DNA of 64,000 nucleotides from Octopus vulgaris (GCA_951406725.2 OX597831.1:41602001-41666000), one strand, 5' to 3'. Shown: positions 13,021 to 26,361, counted from the first letter of the stretch. Numbers and translations are program-made. Notes: a model not told the origin generated them from the sequence alone.

Positions 13021-13427
13021 GGCGCAGGAGTGGCTGTGTGGTAAGTAGCTTGTTAACCAACCACATGGTTCCGGGTTCAGTCCCACTGCGTGGCATCTTG
13101 GGCAAGTGTCTTCTGCTATAGCCCCGGGTCGACCAATGCCTTGTGAGTGGATTTGGTAGACGGAAACTGAAAAGAAGCCTGTCGTATATATGTATATATG
13201 TGTATGTATATGTGTGTGTTTGTGTGTCTGTCTTTGTTCCCCTAGCATTGCTTGACAACCGATGCTGTTGTGTTTACGTCCCCATCACTTAGCGGTTCGG
13301 CAAAAAGAGACCGATAGAATAAGTACTTGGCTTACAAAAAGAATAAGTCCCGGGGTCGAGTTGCTCGACTAAAGGCGGTGCTCCAGCATGGCCGCAGTCA
13401 AATGACTGAAACAAGTAAAAGAGTAAA
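13021..13427 (+). mobile_element. Family A SINE, full length
   Basis: Complete match to the family. Confidence 0.9.
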
Positions 13428-13665
13428 GAGAGAGAGAGAGAGAGATATATATAAAGGTGCATGTACGTGGGTGTGCGGGCACGCTTGTGTATTTATGGAC
13501 ATACACGCTCACGCGAATACTGTGAACATTTTTACTCCCTTACTTTTACCCCCTCCCCCTACTTAGCGGTCATTCTAATAGCTCTTTTGTCTTAATAACG
13601 GTTAATCACACAGTAATTTCCCTTTGTTTTAACAGTCATTTACATAGTAATTTTTGCGATGGCTC

Positions 13666-13726
13666 GATAACTGAAGAGATAGCGGCGTGGGTTTCCGCCC
13701 CGACATCCGAAACTCGGAGTTTTATC
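13666..13726 (+). ncRNA. Type I hammerhead ribozyme motif
   Basis: gataa CTGAAGA g...ggcg/cgcc...c GAAA ctc-g-gag TT ttatc. Stem I gataa/ttatc; near-palindromic stem III ACTC/GAGT. Confidence 0.7.
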
Positions 13727-13911
13727 ATGGCTACCGAATAATTGTCACAAACTATATTTACAGATAGATTTCTCTGTTTTACATAATATCAAGGTCTCTT
13801 TCTTCCTTTTGTTGTTTTACCATTTCTATCAATATATATATACCCGTCCAACCCTTGCTAGCATGGAAAACGGACGTTAAACGATGATGATGATGATGAT
13901 GATGATATATA

Positions 13912-14163
13912 TCACCGTGACCGACCAGGCTATCAGATGTTACTACACATCGCTGGTCACAATGTGCTTCGCGTTGTTTTAGCCTTCAAATGACGCCACC
14001 CCAGTGGTTGAGGGAGCAGGCCAATAGAAGAAAGAGTGTGAGAAAGTAGTGGCAAAGGAGTACAGCAGGGATCGCCACCACCCCCTGCCGGAGCCTCGTG
14101 GAGCTTTAGGTGTTTTCGCTCCATAAACACCCACAACGCCTAGTCTGGGAATCGAAACTGCGA
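13912..14163 (-). mobile_element. Family C SINE with tail type 2, 5'-truncated
   Basis: Body aaaacacctaaagctccacgaggctccggc; tail ggtggcgtcatttgaaggctaaaac...ggtcggtcacg. Confidence 0.8.
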
Positions 14164-14174
14164 TTGTATGTATG

Positions 14175-14215
<41 letters not shown>

Positions 14216-14513
14216 AAGCATTTGCATATGCATACGTACATGGATATATGAATGTATATGTATGCATGTATGTATGTATGTATGTATGTATGTATGTATG
14301 TATGTATGTATGTATGTATGTATGTATGTATGTGTGTGTGTGTGCGTGTGTCTGTGTGTATTTACATGTATGATGGACTCTCTCATTGGTTTTCAACGTA
14401 TGAGGAGCCGACAACCTAAACTTTCTTTGTCAGTCATAATGCTTATATGGAATGTGACATTTGAGTACCACCAATTTGCAAAGAAGCCCACAGATTCTAC
14501 TAGTAGGAGGATT

Positions 14514-14577
<64 letters not shown>

Positions 14578-14628
14578 GTATATATATATATATCCACACA
14601 CACACTCATATATAAAAGTACATACACA

Positions 14629-14675
<47 letters not shown>

Positions 14676-15085
14676 CCACAAAATACGAACTGTAAGTTAT
14701 CGGGAATGTCACATATATGGAGGGGCATGAAAAGGCCGTATGATAAAACGAAATGAAAAACATAATGAGAAAAAAATAAGGTAACAATAAAATACAAATA
14801 AAAAAAAAAGAAAAAATGGCAATGATGGAGAATTATGATTGAATACTGATATGGAAGTATACCCTTACCACGAAAGATTATAGCTCAGTAACTGACCGAA
14901 TTGTATAATATTAGCAGATCCATGTGATAGAAGCATACAGTGTGAGGTACAAACATAAAAATTGTAGTAATCCTGTTGTATATTTAGTCAAAAAAAGATA
15001 TAATGAATACAATAGAAAATAGAACAGCTGGTTAAGTAAAATAATAATAAGAAGAATAAGAAAAATAGAACAGCTGGATAAGTAA

Positions 15086-15175
<90 letters not shown>

Positions 15176-15195
15176 AATGATAATAATAATAATAA

Positions 15196-15740
15196 ATGCC
15201 TTGATGCAGTACCAGGCAGTGGCTCGCATGATTTCTGATCTTAACTGATTGGAAGTGTTATCATGTACATTGTTTTGTCTTGGTATAAAAGATGAGCTAC
15301 AGCAAATATTCTACTCAAAACCACAGATTTGCTTGTCAGTTGTTTGACCTTAACCAGTTGACCATGTCCCTTAGTGGCTGGCGATATGTACATCACTGAC
15401 CACGAGCAGAAGTAGTGGGGGAGCATCATAGCTGTGTGTCGAAAGGAATTCTTGGAGGTTTGGATAATTCACCTTTGGAAACATGAGTAGTTCGTTCAAC
15501 ATCCTTATTCAGGGACCTTTTGAGCGGGATGGGCTACTCGACCAGAAGAAAATTCTAACTGGGCCCCACATGCAAGATCATGCGCTGTTTGTCTTGATAT
15601 GAGATCACCATGTTGTGCACATATGGTTGTAATACATGTGCCTGGTGTACCCTTATCAGACGGGTAGTCATGATGGGTATACTGGGCTTCGTATATTTTA
15701 CCCCAGTGCCACTTTGATGGCATGCACTGCTTTCTCACTC
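15196..15740 (+). mobile_element. Family D non-coding element (~545 bp) embedded in (TAA)n
   Basis: TAA tracts on both sides; homologous to 24032-24516 and 5472-5762. Confidence 0.8.
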
Positions 15741-15752
15741 AATAATAATAAT

Positions 15753-15975
15753 AAATCGTGTTAACTAGAACGGCTCATGTACTGAGAAGAGCATTATCGC
15801 TGTGAATAACAATATCCATTCATGAATTTATTTATTTATAAATTTTTTTTAAATACATATTTTACCTGTGAATTTGTGTGTGTAATCTGCGAATGCATAC
15901 CATGAGCTTCTCTGCCTTAGGTGTACGGAAAACACCCGGCGAGAAATGGAAGAAAAATTGAAGAAAGAAGGAAAA
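15753..15975 (+). mobile_element. R4/Dong-like LINE 3' end
   Basis: IVLTRTAHVLRRALSL* plus a 3' UTR homologous to 41660-41876, in a TAA context. Confidence 0.8.
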
Positions 15976-17181
15976 AAAACAATAATAATAAGAAGAATAA
16001 GCTAAAAGTATAAATAAAAATAAAAAATAGACAGATTAGAAGAATGGGCGGTAGAGTCGGGGAAAGAATTGTAAGAAAGTAATACATACATACATACATA
16101 CATACATACATACATACATACATTCATACATACATACATACATACATACATACATGCATGCATGCATGCATGCATGCATGCATACATACATACATACATA
16201 CATACATACATACATACATACATACATACATACATGCATACATACATATATACACGCTGGGGAAAAAGCGTCACTTGATTTTCAAACTACGAAACTGTCT
16301 TTATCTAAACAACAGAACCATTTCCTCTACCAAAAACAAAGAAAGAATAGAAGACCTAACCCTAACTTCATAAGCCACCAGCGAAACAACATCGCAGGTC
16401 CTCCTCACCCCATAAGGAGACACCAACATAATTGTTATTCCAACTATCCATTTAACAATCACGCACGACCAACCCGTACCACACGAAATAATTACCAACG
16501 ACGGCCCTCTAAAGCACCACATTCGAATATAGAATATAGGGACACACTTTTCAATCGTCATCCAAGAACCCGCACCATAAATCACAACAGGGCACTACAC
16601 AACAACATTTAATCATAAATTTCATAAAAGAAGTGTGTACAATTATGAATAAATCACAATTATAACGGAGAGGGTTGCAAAAACCCTTACATATCTAGAA
16701 ATAGCAGTCAAAAAACCATTATAAAGCCACTATAAACACTCATATTCTATCTCTTCACAATAAAACTGTCGGCGGGCGACATGACATAAAATTCACAAAT
16801 TAAAAAAAATAAAAGTTTAATTCTTTATCGCAATTTCGAAGTTAGGAACCTAACGGCTCCACTCTTCTCTTCAGGAGAATATTCTTATAGATACAAATTG
16901 ACACAAAAAAAACATAGCTTGGGGCTTACATGTGTCCCGACCAGCAAGAATAATGTGTCAACCTCTATCTACACATTCAAGTTCTGAATTCCAACGTCAT
17001 GCATAGCATGTATGAGTAAAGATTGGTAAAACGAGCCACACCAGTTATGAGTGAAAAAAAATTAATGATTAATAAGGAATGTAAAAATACATTAAGAAGG
17101 ATATATCATATGTAGTTTATAGATCCAATACAGGTAGAATCGATAAAAATACTCCATCCAGAGAAAGATAAATATCGATTT

Positions 17182-17558
17182 GGATGGAAGCACTCCGTCG
17201 GTTACGACGATGAGGGTTCCGGTTGATCCGATCAACGGAACAGCCTGCTCGTGAAATTAACGTGTAAGTGGCTGAGCACTCCACAGACACGTGTACCCTT
17301 AACGTAGTTCTCAGCGTGACACAGAGAGTGACAAGGCCGGCCCTTTGAAATACAGGTACAACAGAAACAGGAAGTAAGAGTGAGAGAAAGTTGTGGTGAA
17401 AGAGTACAGCAGGGATCACCACAATCCCCTGCCGGAGCCTCGTGGAGCTTTAGGTGTTTTCGCTCAATAAATACTCACAACGCCCGGTCTGGGAATCGAA
17501 ACCGCGCTCCTACGACCGCGAGTCCGCTGCCCTAACCACTGGGCCATTGCGCCTCCAC
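17182..17558 (-). mobile_element. Family C tRNA-derived SINE with tail type 1, full length
   Basis: A box tggcccagtgg, B box gtttcgattcc; 12-bp TSD aaatatcgattt at 17170-17181 and 17559-17570. Confidence 0.9.
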
Positions 17559-17942
17559 AAATATCGATTTAATATTCATTACAAAAGAGCTACTAATAGT
17601 TTCATACTTGTACAATACTTTAAGTGGGCAGATTTATTAAACATGCTGTGTTTGATAAAATGTTAGTGACATCCTCATAAAAGGTTTCATAACGTTTTTA
17701 AAACAAATGATTTTTTTAAGCCCCCTTTACACTTCAATAACTGTATTAGGTAATCCTCATAGACTTTCAAATATCAACACACACTCACACACATACACTT
17801 GAAAGGAAAAGAATGACTTCACTGGTAGTTCTAATCAGTTTAATTTATTAAAAAATTTTTTTTTAATAATATCTAGTAACTCTTTTGTTAATTAGGATGG
17901 GGAGATTAAAAAAAAAATTAGGAGTGGTTGTGTGGTAAGCAT

Positions 17943-18110
17943 AGGCGCAGGAGTGGCTGTGTGGTAAGTAGCTTGCTTACCAACCACATCGTTCTGGGTT
18001 CAGTCCCACTGCGTAGCACCTTGGGCAAGTGTCTACTACTATAGCCTCGGGTCGACCAAAGCCTTGTGAGTGGATTTGGTAGACGGAAACTGAAATAAGC
18101 TCCTCGTATA
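17943..18110 (+). mobile_element. Family A SINE head only
   Basis: Head and core present, ending at the TA tract; first ~20 bp partly duplicated at 17919. Confidence 0.8.
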
Positions 18111-18177
18111 TATGGTGGTGAATCATACTAGCTTACATATTTACTTCCTTACATATAATAAACAAAAAGTATATATA

Positions 18178-18256
<79 letters not shown>

Positions 18257-18347
18257 ATCCAAACAAGAAAACAAAAAAACACAACAACGCAAGGACGTGG
18301 AACAAATAAAGTATTATTGGACGCTCAGGAAAGAAGGGAAGAAGGAG

Positions 18348-18380
<33 letters not shown>

Positions 18381-18385
<5 letters not shown>

Positions 18386-18684
18386 CCAGAAAGTACGCCA
18401 AGACAAATCTTAGTCAGCTTTGATGTAACAATCTTATATACTAACATCCCACGGCTTAGGAACTGAGCCGTTGACTTCTGGATTACAAAACACCCATATT
18501 CTATTTCAGAGAGATTCCCGAAAGAGTTTATTTTAGAAGGGCTCAAATTAATATTGGAGAACAACCACTTCCTCTTTGGTAACGAACTATATTTGCAGAT
18601 AAAAGGAACGGCCATGGGCTACTTTGGTGACTATGGACACCAGGATGATCCGTTCTTGACTGAAGATTGAAGGCTTCGAATGTC
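18381..18684 (+). pseudogene. Penelope-like RT fragment, inverted copy of 18823-19129
   Basis: LVSFDVTILYTNIP...FLFGNELYLQIKGTAMG. Confidence 0.85.
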
Positions 18685-18748
<64 letters not shown>

Positions 18749-18759
18749 ATGTATATGTA

Positions 18760-20299
18760 AAAAAATACAAACTGGGACAAGAACGCAAAACATTTAGAAG
18801 ACGATACAAAAAACACGGACGGGACATTCGAAGCCTTCAATCTTCAGTCAAGAACCGGATCATCCTGGTGTCCATAGTCACCAAAGTAGCCCATGGCCGT
18901 TCCTTTTATCTGCAAATATAGTTCGTTATCAAAGAGGAAGTGGTTGTTCTCCAATATTAATTTGAGCCCTTCTAAAATAAACTCTTTCGGGAATCTCTCT
19001 GAAATAGAATATGGGTGTTTTGTAATCCAGAAGTCAACGGCTCAGTTCCTAAGCCGTGTGGGATGTTAGTATATAAGATTGTTACATCAAAGCTGACTAA
19101 GATTTGTCTTGGCGTACTTTCTGGGGGATATAGTTCAGGAATTCGATATCATTTCAGATGTAGCTTGGCACTTTTTTTTACATAGGGTTTTCAGAATGAT
19201 GTCTAGACGGTGTGTGCTTGAGGCTGGACCAGCAAAAATTGGGCGTAATTTTAAATCTGTCGGTTTTGATACTTCGACAAGCGATGTATTTTTTGCCTTT
19301 TATGTTGTTTTAGATTTCTTTGGATTTGTGAACTTTCGGTAATCCATAAAAATTGCTGGTTTTCATTTGAAAATTAGATAAGCAATTGATTTCCTTTAGT
19401 GTGAGGTTATTTTAGTGCTTTGTCGTCAGTTTACCTATTTTAATCATTAAATTTTTCTTCGCATTTGTTGATTTTCCTGTAAAACCCTTCGTCATTCTAC
19501 AGTTCTAAGATCATATCTTTGTAGTGTATTTTGTCCATGATGACGATTGCTCCACCTTTGTCAGCTTTTATGATTATTGAGGAGTCTTTTTGCAGTTTGT
19601 TTAGTGCTTGCAGTCGGTCTGTAGGGATGTTACATTTGTGTTTCATTTCTACAATATTTGAATGCACGGATCGTTGTAAGCAGGTTATGTATTCTTCCAG
19701 GTGTCTTTCTCTATTTAGCGGGGTGTTTGAAGTTCTTTTTGCTTTTCACTAGTGACTCCTTCTCATATTCTACACCCTGGAAAAATTCTCCTAGACATAA
19801 TTTGTGACAAAATCTTCTGCCTTTTATAAGATCGGCTCGATCTGCTTTCGGGGTTGGTGTGAACTCCAGTCCATTTTCAAATAGTTTGATTTCCTGTTGT
19901 GTTAATTTTTTGGCCGATACGTTGATTATTTTTGGTGCCTGTAGTTTTTCTTCGTCGAGGGTGGTGATTTTACCTTTTTTGTTTCACTTGATGGGAGGCA
20001 CCTTGTTCTAAAAAAGAATTCCCATTTGGGACAGAGGTGTTTCTGTTGCGGTGAAATATTCTGTTTACTGGTATTTCATGTTGATAATTTTCTGGGTGGT
20101 AGAATTTTGTTTGGTGGTTAATATGTGGGGGTTTGCTATGATTCTTTTGTTCTTCTCTTCAATCTTCATATATCATTGATTTTGTCTATAATAATTGTTC
20201 TTGGAGTTTTGGCGGTGGTTGTATCATCTTCCTGTGTTTGGTATTTTGTCTGTGTTTGACAACGAATGCGAGAAAGTTCTCCAGAAAAGTTTACAAGGA
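18760..20299 (-). mobile_element. Penelope-like element: decayed N-terminal half of RT joined to a pLTR-like tail
   Basis: Motifs LFENGLEFTPTP, KADKGGAIVIMD, FYGLPKVHKS, LRPIFAGP, SFDVTILYTNIPH, QIKGTAMG. Confidence 0.9.
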
Positions 20300-21444
20300 A
20301 TTAAAAAAAAAATCTCCCCATCCAAGTTAACAAAGAACTTAGTAGATGTACGAACTAAAGAATAAAATTTATAATCCTAAAAATTAAAGAAATAATAAAT
20401 TAAACTGATTAGAACTACCAGTGAAGTCATTCTTTTTCTTTTTTCAAATATACCTGACTGTACCAGAAGCTATACACATAACAGTACACAGATAATAACC
20501 CCTGAACTACTTATGTTAATTTTGCTGGACAAACAGACTCTGTCTCGCTCAGAGATTTATTATTGCTATACATACATACATACATACATACATACATACA
20601 TACATACATACATACATACATACATACATACATACATACATACATACATACATGCATACATACATACATACATACATACATACATACATACATACATACA
20701 TACATACATACATACATACATACATACATACATACATACATACGTCTTCTACTATAGCTGCGGACCGACCAAAGCCTTGTGAGTGGGTTTGGTAGACGGA
20801 AACTGAAAGAAGACCGTCGTATATATGTATATATGTATGTGTGTGTGTATGTTTGTATGTCTGTGTTTGTCCCTCCCAACATCGCTTGACAACCGATGCT
20901 GTTGTGTTTACATCCCCGTAACTTAGCGGTTTGGCAAAAGAGACATATATACATATATATAAATATATGCATATAAATATATGTATGTATATACATATAC
21001 ATATATATACACATATATACATACATATATACATATATATATACTTACATATATACACACAGACACACACACACATATATATATACATACGTACAGGCAT
21101 ACATATATTAATAAATACATACATACATACATACATACATACATACATACATACATACATACATACATACATACTACATACATACATACATGCATACCTA
21201 CATACATACATACATACATACATACATACATACATACATACATACATACATACATACATACATACAAAAATATATATATATACATATAACGAATGGTTTA
21301 TACGTGGTAGCCTACTGGTAAAACACAGTCATATACGCACACACATATAAACAGATATATGGTGGTGGTGGTTTTGGTTGTGGTGATGGTAGTGATTGTG
21401 GTGGTGTTGATGGTGACAATGATGTCATAGGTATGATAGAAGCC

Positions 21445-22090
21445 TAGATATATTACGTCTAAATGACACACCTGATATTGTAGTCCCAGGTACACTATGA
21501 TGAGATGGGACATTGGACGATGTAGTGTTACCTTCACTACGTTTTAAGGAACACATTGGATAGTGTAGTCATCATCGTTCAATAATGTAGTCTTAGATAC
21601 ACTTTGGCTGAGGAACACATTAGATAATGTAGACCTGGATACATCGTGACAGAAAGGCACATTAGATAAGGGAATCCAAAATATATTGTTAACAGAATAC
21701 ATTACATAATGTAGTCCTTGATACACAATGACTGAAGGACTCATTAGTTAATATAGTCCTAGATACATTAGTTCATGTAGCTCTAAATACATTATGTCGA
21801 TAGGACATAAAACAATTTAGTCCTAGATACACTATGATTGAAGGACATATTAGGTGATATAGTCTTAGGTATGCTATGTCTGAAGCGCACATTGTATAAT
21901 GAACTCTTAGATACATTATGACTGAAGAGCATTATAGAAGATACCCTATGGCTGAGGAGCGCATTAGATAATGAAGCCCTATCTATGCAACAACTGAAGG
22001 CTACGTTATATAATATAGTCTTTCAAATGCTATATCTAAATAACACATTATATAAGGTAGTCCTAGATACACCATGGCTGAAAGACACAT
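21445..22090 (+). repeat. Degenerate 42-bp minisatellite
   Basis: Unit approximately tagtcctagatacactatgactgaaggacacattagataatg; spacing 42 (21818 to 21860). Confidence 0.85.
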
Positions 22091-22546
22091 TTAAGAATAT
22101 TATATAACCACATTAGACAATAAAGAAACTCTACATCAAATAAAATTAGAACATTTAATGTCGGCCATGTGCCTACACACACATGTCCCCCCCCACCCAC
22201 ACACTGTGTTTACGTCCTCTACCTTAAAGAGCTTGATGACAGGTGAGCCAGAAACAGAGCTTGAAAGGGATTTATCTCAGCGAGTATGTAATGATATGCG
22301 TGAATGTATATATGTGTGTGTATGTATATGCGCCCATCTGTGCATGTGTGTACATGTGTGGTATGTATGAGTATATGTATGTATATGTGTGTGTATATAC
22401 ATCAATGTTTTATATATATATATATATATTTATTTATATATATATTTACTTTTAATATACGATAAATTTTTTAATGTCAATACGCTGAGAAATAGACTTT
22501 AAATAGTGGTGTATATTGCATGCAATATACACCACTATAAATACAC

Positions 22547-22629
<83 letters not shown>

Positions 22630-22765
22630 CAACTAATAAGGGTGAGAAAATTGGATACTAATTTAATAGTACATCCATTTAACACCAAGTGGCTTAGTGC
22701 ATAAAAACCTAGCGGATCTATTTTTAGTGCTAGAGTCGACCACATAGTGGTTACTCTCTTATATT

Positions 22766-22800
<35 letters not shown>

Positions 22801-22802
<2 letters not shown>

Positions 22803-23870
22803 CTTACTTAGAAGTGGATGCGTGGCGTTTTATCATATAATAACAAAATAACAAATAAAACATGTGCATATATACGTACATATATGTACGTACCTACATC
22901 TATATGTATATATAAATGCATATATGGGTACAGGACACCAAAAGAAAAAAAAACGTCGAACACAATGAGAAACGAAAACATAAAAACAAAACCAAGAAAA
23001 TGGACATTTTTCTTAAACAACGAAAAAATAGAGTACAAGACATACAACACAAAGAACATTCCCCTTCTTCAGCCGTCTCTGTTTCATCTACTCCGCGTTT
23101 CGATGTTAAAGGCGAGACACGACTTTATTGAAACAATCCTTCCCGCAAAGCAAATTAAATAAAATTTGAGATTTTTTGCGGAGGGGTAAAAATGGTAACA
23201 AAAACAGGACAGTAAAAACAATACAAATAAAAACAGTAAAAGACAGGACAAGGAGAATAACAGTAACACGAACATTAAGGGCTGTTAAGCCTGAACGAAT
23301 GAAAAAATATTTTGAACGCTTTGAGAACGGTGAGAGAGACAGAGAAAGCCGTTTACACTTGATGGAAGCAGGGTCAGAAAGGCAGTAGTGGCCCTCTAGT
23401 CGCGTGTCAGCGACGGGAGGGAGGAGGAGGAGTAAGAGAAAGGGAGAGAGAAAAAAGGGAAAGGTTGTAGAGAAAACCAGAAAGAATGAAGAATGAGAGA
23501 GAGAGGGATAATAAGGTTAGAAGAAAAGGAAACCAGAAAGAATGAAGGATGAGAGAGGGAGGGGGACAAAAAAGTTAAGAGTGCGCATCATCATTATTAT
23601 TAAGATAAAACTTACTTAGAAGTGGATGCGTGGCGTTCTATCATATAATAACAAAATAATAAATAAAACATATGCATATATACATACATATATGTACGTA
23701 CCTACATCTATATGCATATATACATGCATATATGGGTACAGGACATAAAAAAAACGTCGAACACAATGAGAAACGAAAGCAAAAACAAAACCAAGGAAAT
23801 GGGTATTTTTCTTAAACAACGAAAAAATAGAGTGCAAGACATACAACACAAGGAACATTCCCCTTTTTCA
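22801..23870 (-). mobile_element. Non-coding element with ~265-bp direct repeats (pLTR-like partial tandem) in (TA)n
   Basis: 22801-23071 is repeated at 23609-23870; TA tracts on both flanks. Confidence 0.7.
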
Positions 23871-23892
23871 TATATATATATATATATACTTG

Positions 23893-23938
<46 letters not shown>

Positions 23939-23988
23939 TAAATTAAAGATTTCCCTGTAAGTTTAGATATACTCCCCAATATTATTAC

Positions 23989-24031
<43 letters not shown>

Positions 24032-24032
<1 letters not shown>

Positions 24033-24513
24033 GAGCAGTGCATGCCATCAAAGTGACATACCCATCATGACTACCCGTCTGATAAGGGTACACCAGGCAC
24101 ATATATGGTGAATATCAAGATAAACAGCACATGATGCAGGTGGGGCCCAGTTAGAATTTTCTTCAGGTTGAGTAGCCCATCCCGCTCAAAAGGTCCCTGA
24201 ATAAGGGTTGTTTAAGGATGTTGAAAGAACCACCCATGTTTTCAGAGGTGAATTATTCAAACCCCAAAGAATCCCTCTCAACACATGGCTATGATGCTCC
24301 CCCACTACTTCTGCTCGTGATCAGAGATGCACATATCGTCAGCCACCAAGGGACATGCTCAACTGGTTAAGGTCAAACAACTGACAAGCAAATCTGTGGT
24401 ATTGAGCAGAATATTTGCTGTAGCCCATCTTTTATACCAAGACAAAACAACGTACATGATAACACTTCCAATCAATTAAGATCAGAAACCATGAGAGCCA
24501 CTGCCTGGTACTG

Positions 24514-24516
<3 letters not shown>
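24032..24516 (-). mobile_element. Family D element in (ATT)n
   Basis: Reverse complement of 15196-15740 with small deletions; ATT tracts on both sides. Confidence 0.8.
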
Positions 24517-24582
<66 letters not shown>

Positions 24583-24583
<1 letters not shown>

Positions 24584-24863
24584 GTGGCCCGGTGGTTAGG
24601 ACAGCGGACTCGCAGTCGTTGGATCGCGGTTTCGATCCCCAGACCGGGCGTTGTGAGTGCTTATTGAGCGAAAACACCTATAGCTCCACGAGGCTCCGGC
24701 AGGGGATGGTGGTGATACCTGCTGTTTCTCTCACTCTTTCTTCTGTTGGCATGCTCGCTTAGCCAGCGAGGTGGCGTCATTTGAAGGCTAAAACAATGCG
24801 GAGCGCATTATGACCAGCGATGTGTAGCAACATCAGACAGGCTAGTCGGTCACGTGATCACGT

Positions 24864-24866
<3 letters not shown>
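24583..24866 (+). mobile_element. Family C SINE with tail type 2
   Basis: Head tggcccggtggttaggacagcggactc; tail ends cacgtgatcacgtg into (TA)n. A tail-only copy lies at 26247-26364 (-). Confidence 0.85.
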
Positions 24867-24933
<67 letters not shown>

Positions 24934-24935
<2 letters not shown>

Positions 24936-26190
24936 AGTTGTAATTATTGCCAAAGGCGGCCCTATCCCATATTAAAATAAATTTGTTTGAAATTTTAAGG
25001 TGTTTCCATTATTCTGTCCAACCCCTGTATTACAGTTTGAATTCTACGAGGTATGAACTCGTACAAAGTTTAAATTGTTTCCAAAGGAATTTTTGTCCAT
25101 TCTTTAGCTAAAACAGTCTGCAGTTCTTGTGATGATGATGGTGGAGGGTATCGACTCTGTACTTGTTTTTTAAAAATGCACCATAAATGTTCAATAATAT
25201 TAAGATCTGGGGACTGTGGTGGCCAGATAAGATGTTCAACTTCACTAGAATGTTCCTTGTGCCATTCAGTAACAACTTTAGCTGTGTGAATTGGTGCATT
25301 ATCATTCTGAATGTTCCGCAAGCATAGGATGAATTTGATCAGATAAAATGCTTAAAGAGTCTTGACTATTAATTCTGCCATGAAGAGAAATCATTGGGCC
25401 GGTGGATTTCCAAGATGTAGCCCCCCCCCTCACCATATCATCACAGATCCTGCTCCATGTTTAACAGTTGGAAGAAGGCAGTGTGGGTCAAACGCTTCCT
25501 TTGTCTCCACACGTATACTCGGCCGGTGGTCGGAAATAAGGTAAAGGATGACTCGTCCGAGAAAATAGCATTCCTTCACTGCTCTAGGGTTCAATTTGAC
25601 TCTACCCCAAACGCTTTGCAATGTTTGTTTTTGAAAGTAATGGTTTTCTGATTGCAGCCCTCTCGTGAGATCCGGCTTTGTGCAGCTCCCGACGAACAGT
25701 TTCTGTGGAAAATGGGTTCTCGAGGTAGTCATTAAGCTCTGCAGTTATTTTGGGAGCTGTACTTTTGTGATCCTTTTTAACAATTCGTGTAAGAGTTCGA
25801 AGGCCCCTATCTGAAAGCCTTGGTTTTCCTCTGGAGTTTTGTTTCGACGAGGACATTTTTCCCTCTTTCTCAAAGGTGTCATTATTTCGAGATAGTACTT
25901 CTTGATACACCAAACATTTTGGCTGTTTTCGTTACGCTAGCGCCTGCCATACGAGCACTAACAATTTGACCTCTTTGAAAGTCCGATAGATCTATCATTT
26001 TAATGAATTTTAATTAGCTGTTTCTGATAACATTTGAAAAGAAGCAGCAATTTTAGCAAAACATATTAAGCAACACTAATAATAAATTTAAAATATCATA
26101 AAAATAAATAAGCTTTATTACGGTTTTATAGATATTTCAAAATTATGATGCTATGATGCTAGGTGTTTCCATTATTTTGTCCAACCCCTG
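24934..26190 (-). mobile_element. Decayed Tc1-like transposon with D-36-E catalytic spacing and an inverted 3' end
   Basis: TIR caggggttggacaaaataatggaaacacct. Motifs PTVKHGAGSVMIW and NDNAPIHT...WPPQSPDLNIIEHLW, with 36 residues between D and E. Confidence 0.9.
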
Positions 26191-26204
26191 TATATATTAT
26201 TAAT

Positions 26205-26248
<44 letters not shown>

Positions 26249-26361
26249 CGTGATCACGTGACCGACCAGACCATCAGATGCCGTTACACATCGCTGGTCA
26301 CAATGCGTTCGCATTGTTTTAGCCTTCGAACGACGCCACCCCGCTGGCTAAGCGAGCAGGC

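Larger units (their letters stand above)
17799..20447. repeat. Inverted repeat arms (17799-17918 and 20300-20447) of an interrupted palindromic element
   Basis: 17807-17850 is the exact reverse complement of 20393-20436; inner arms ggatggggag/ctccccatcc. Confidence 0.8.

Noticed and set aside
16250-17080. Possible Penelope N-terminal coding remnant (LGLTCVPT)
   Set aside because: Only one short motif; too decayed to call.
17480-17558. tRNA genes at SINE heads
   Set aside because: A/B boxes are present, but the sequence runs into SINE bodies with TSDs and I could not fold a full cloverleaf.
18655-18684. ctgaagattgaaggcttcgaatgtc as a hammerhead
   Set aside because: GAAA is incomplete and stems I and II do not pair convincingly.
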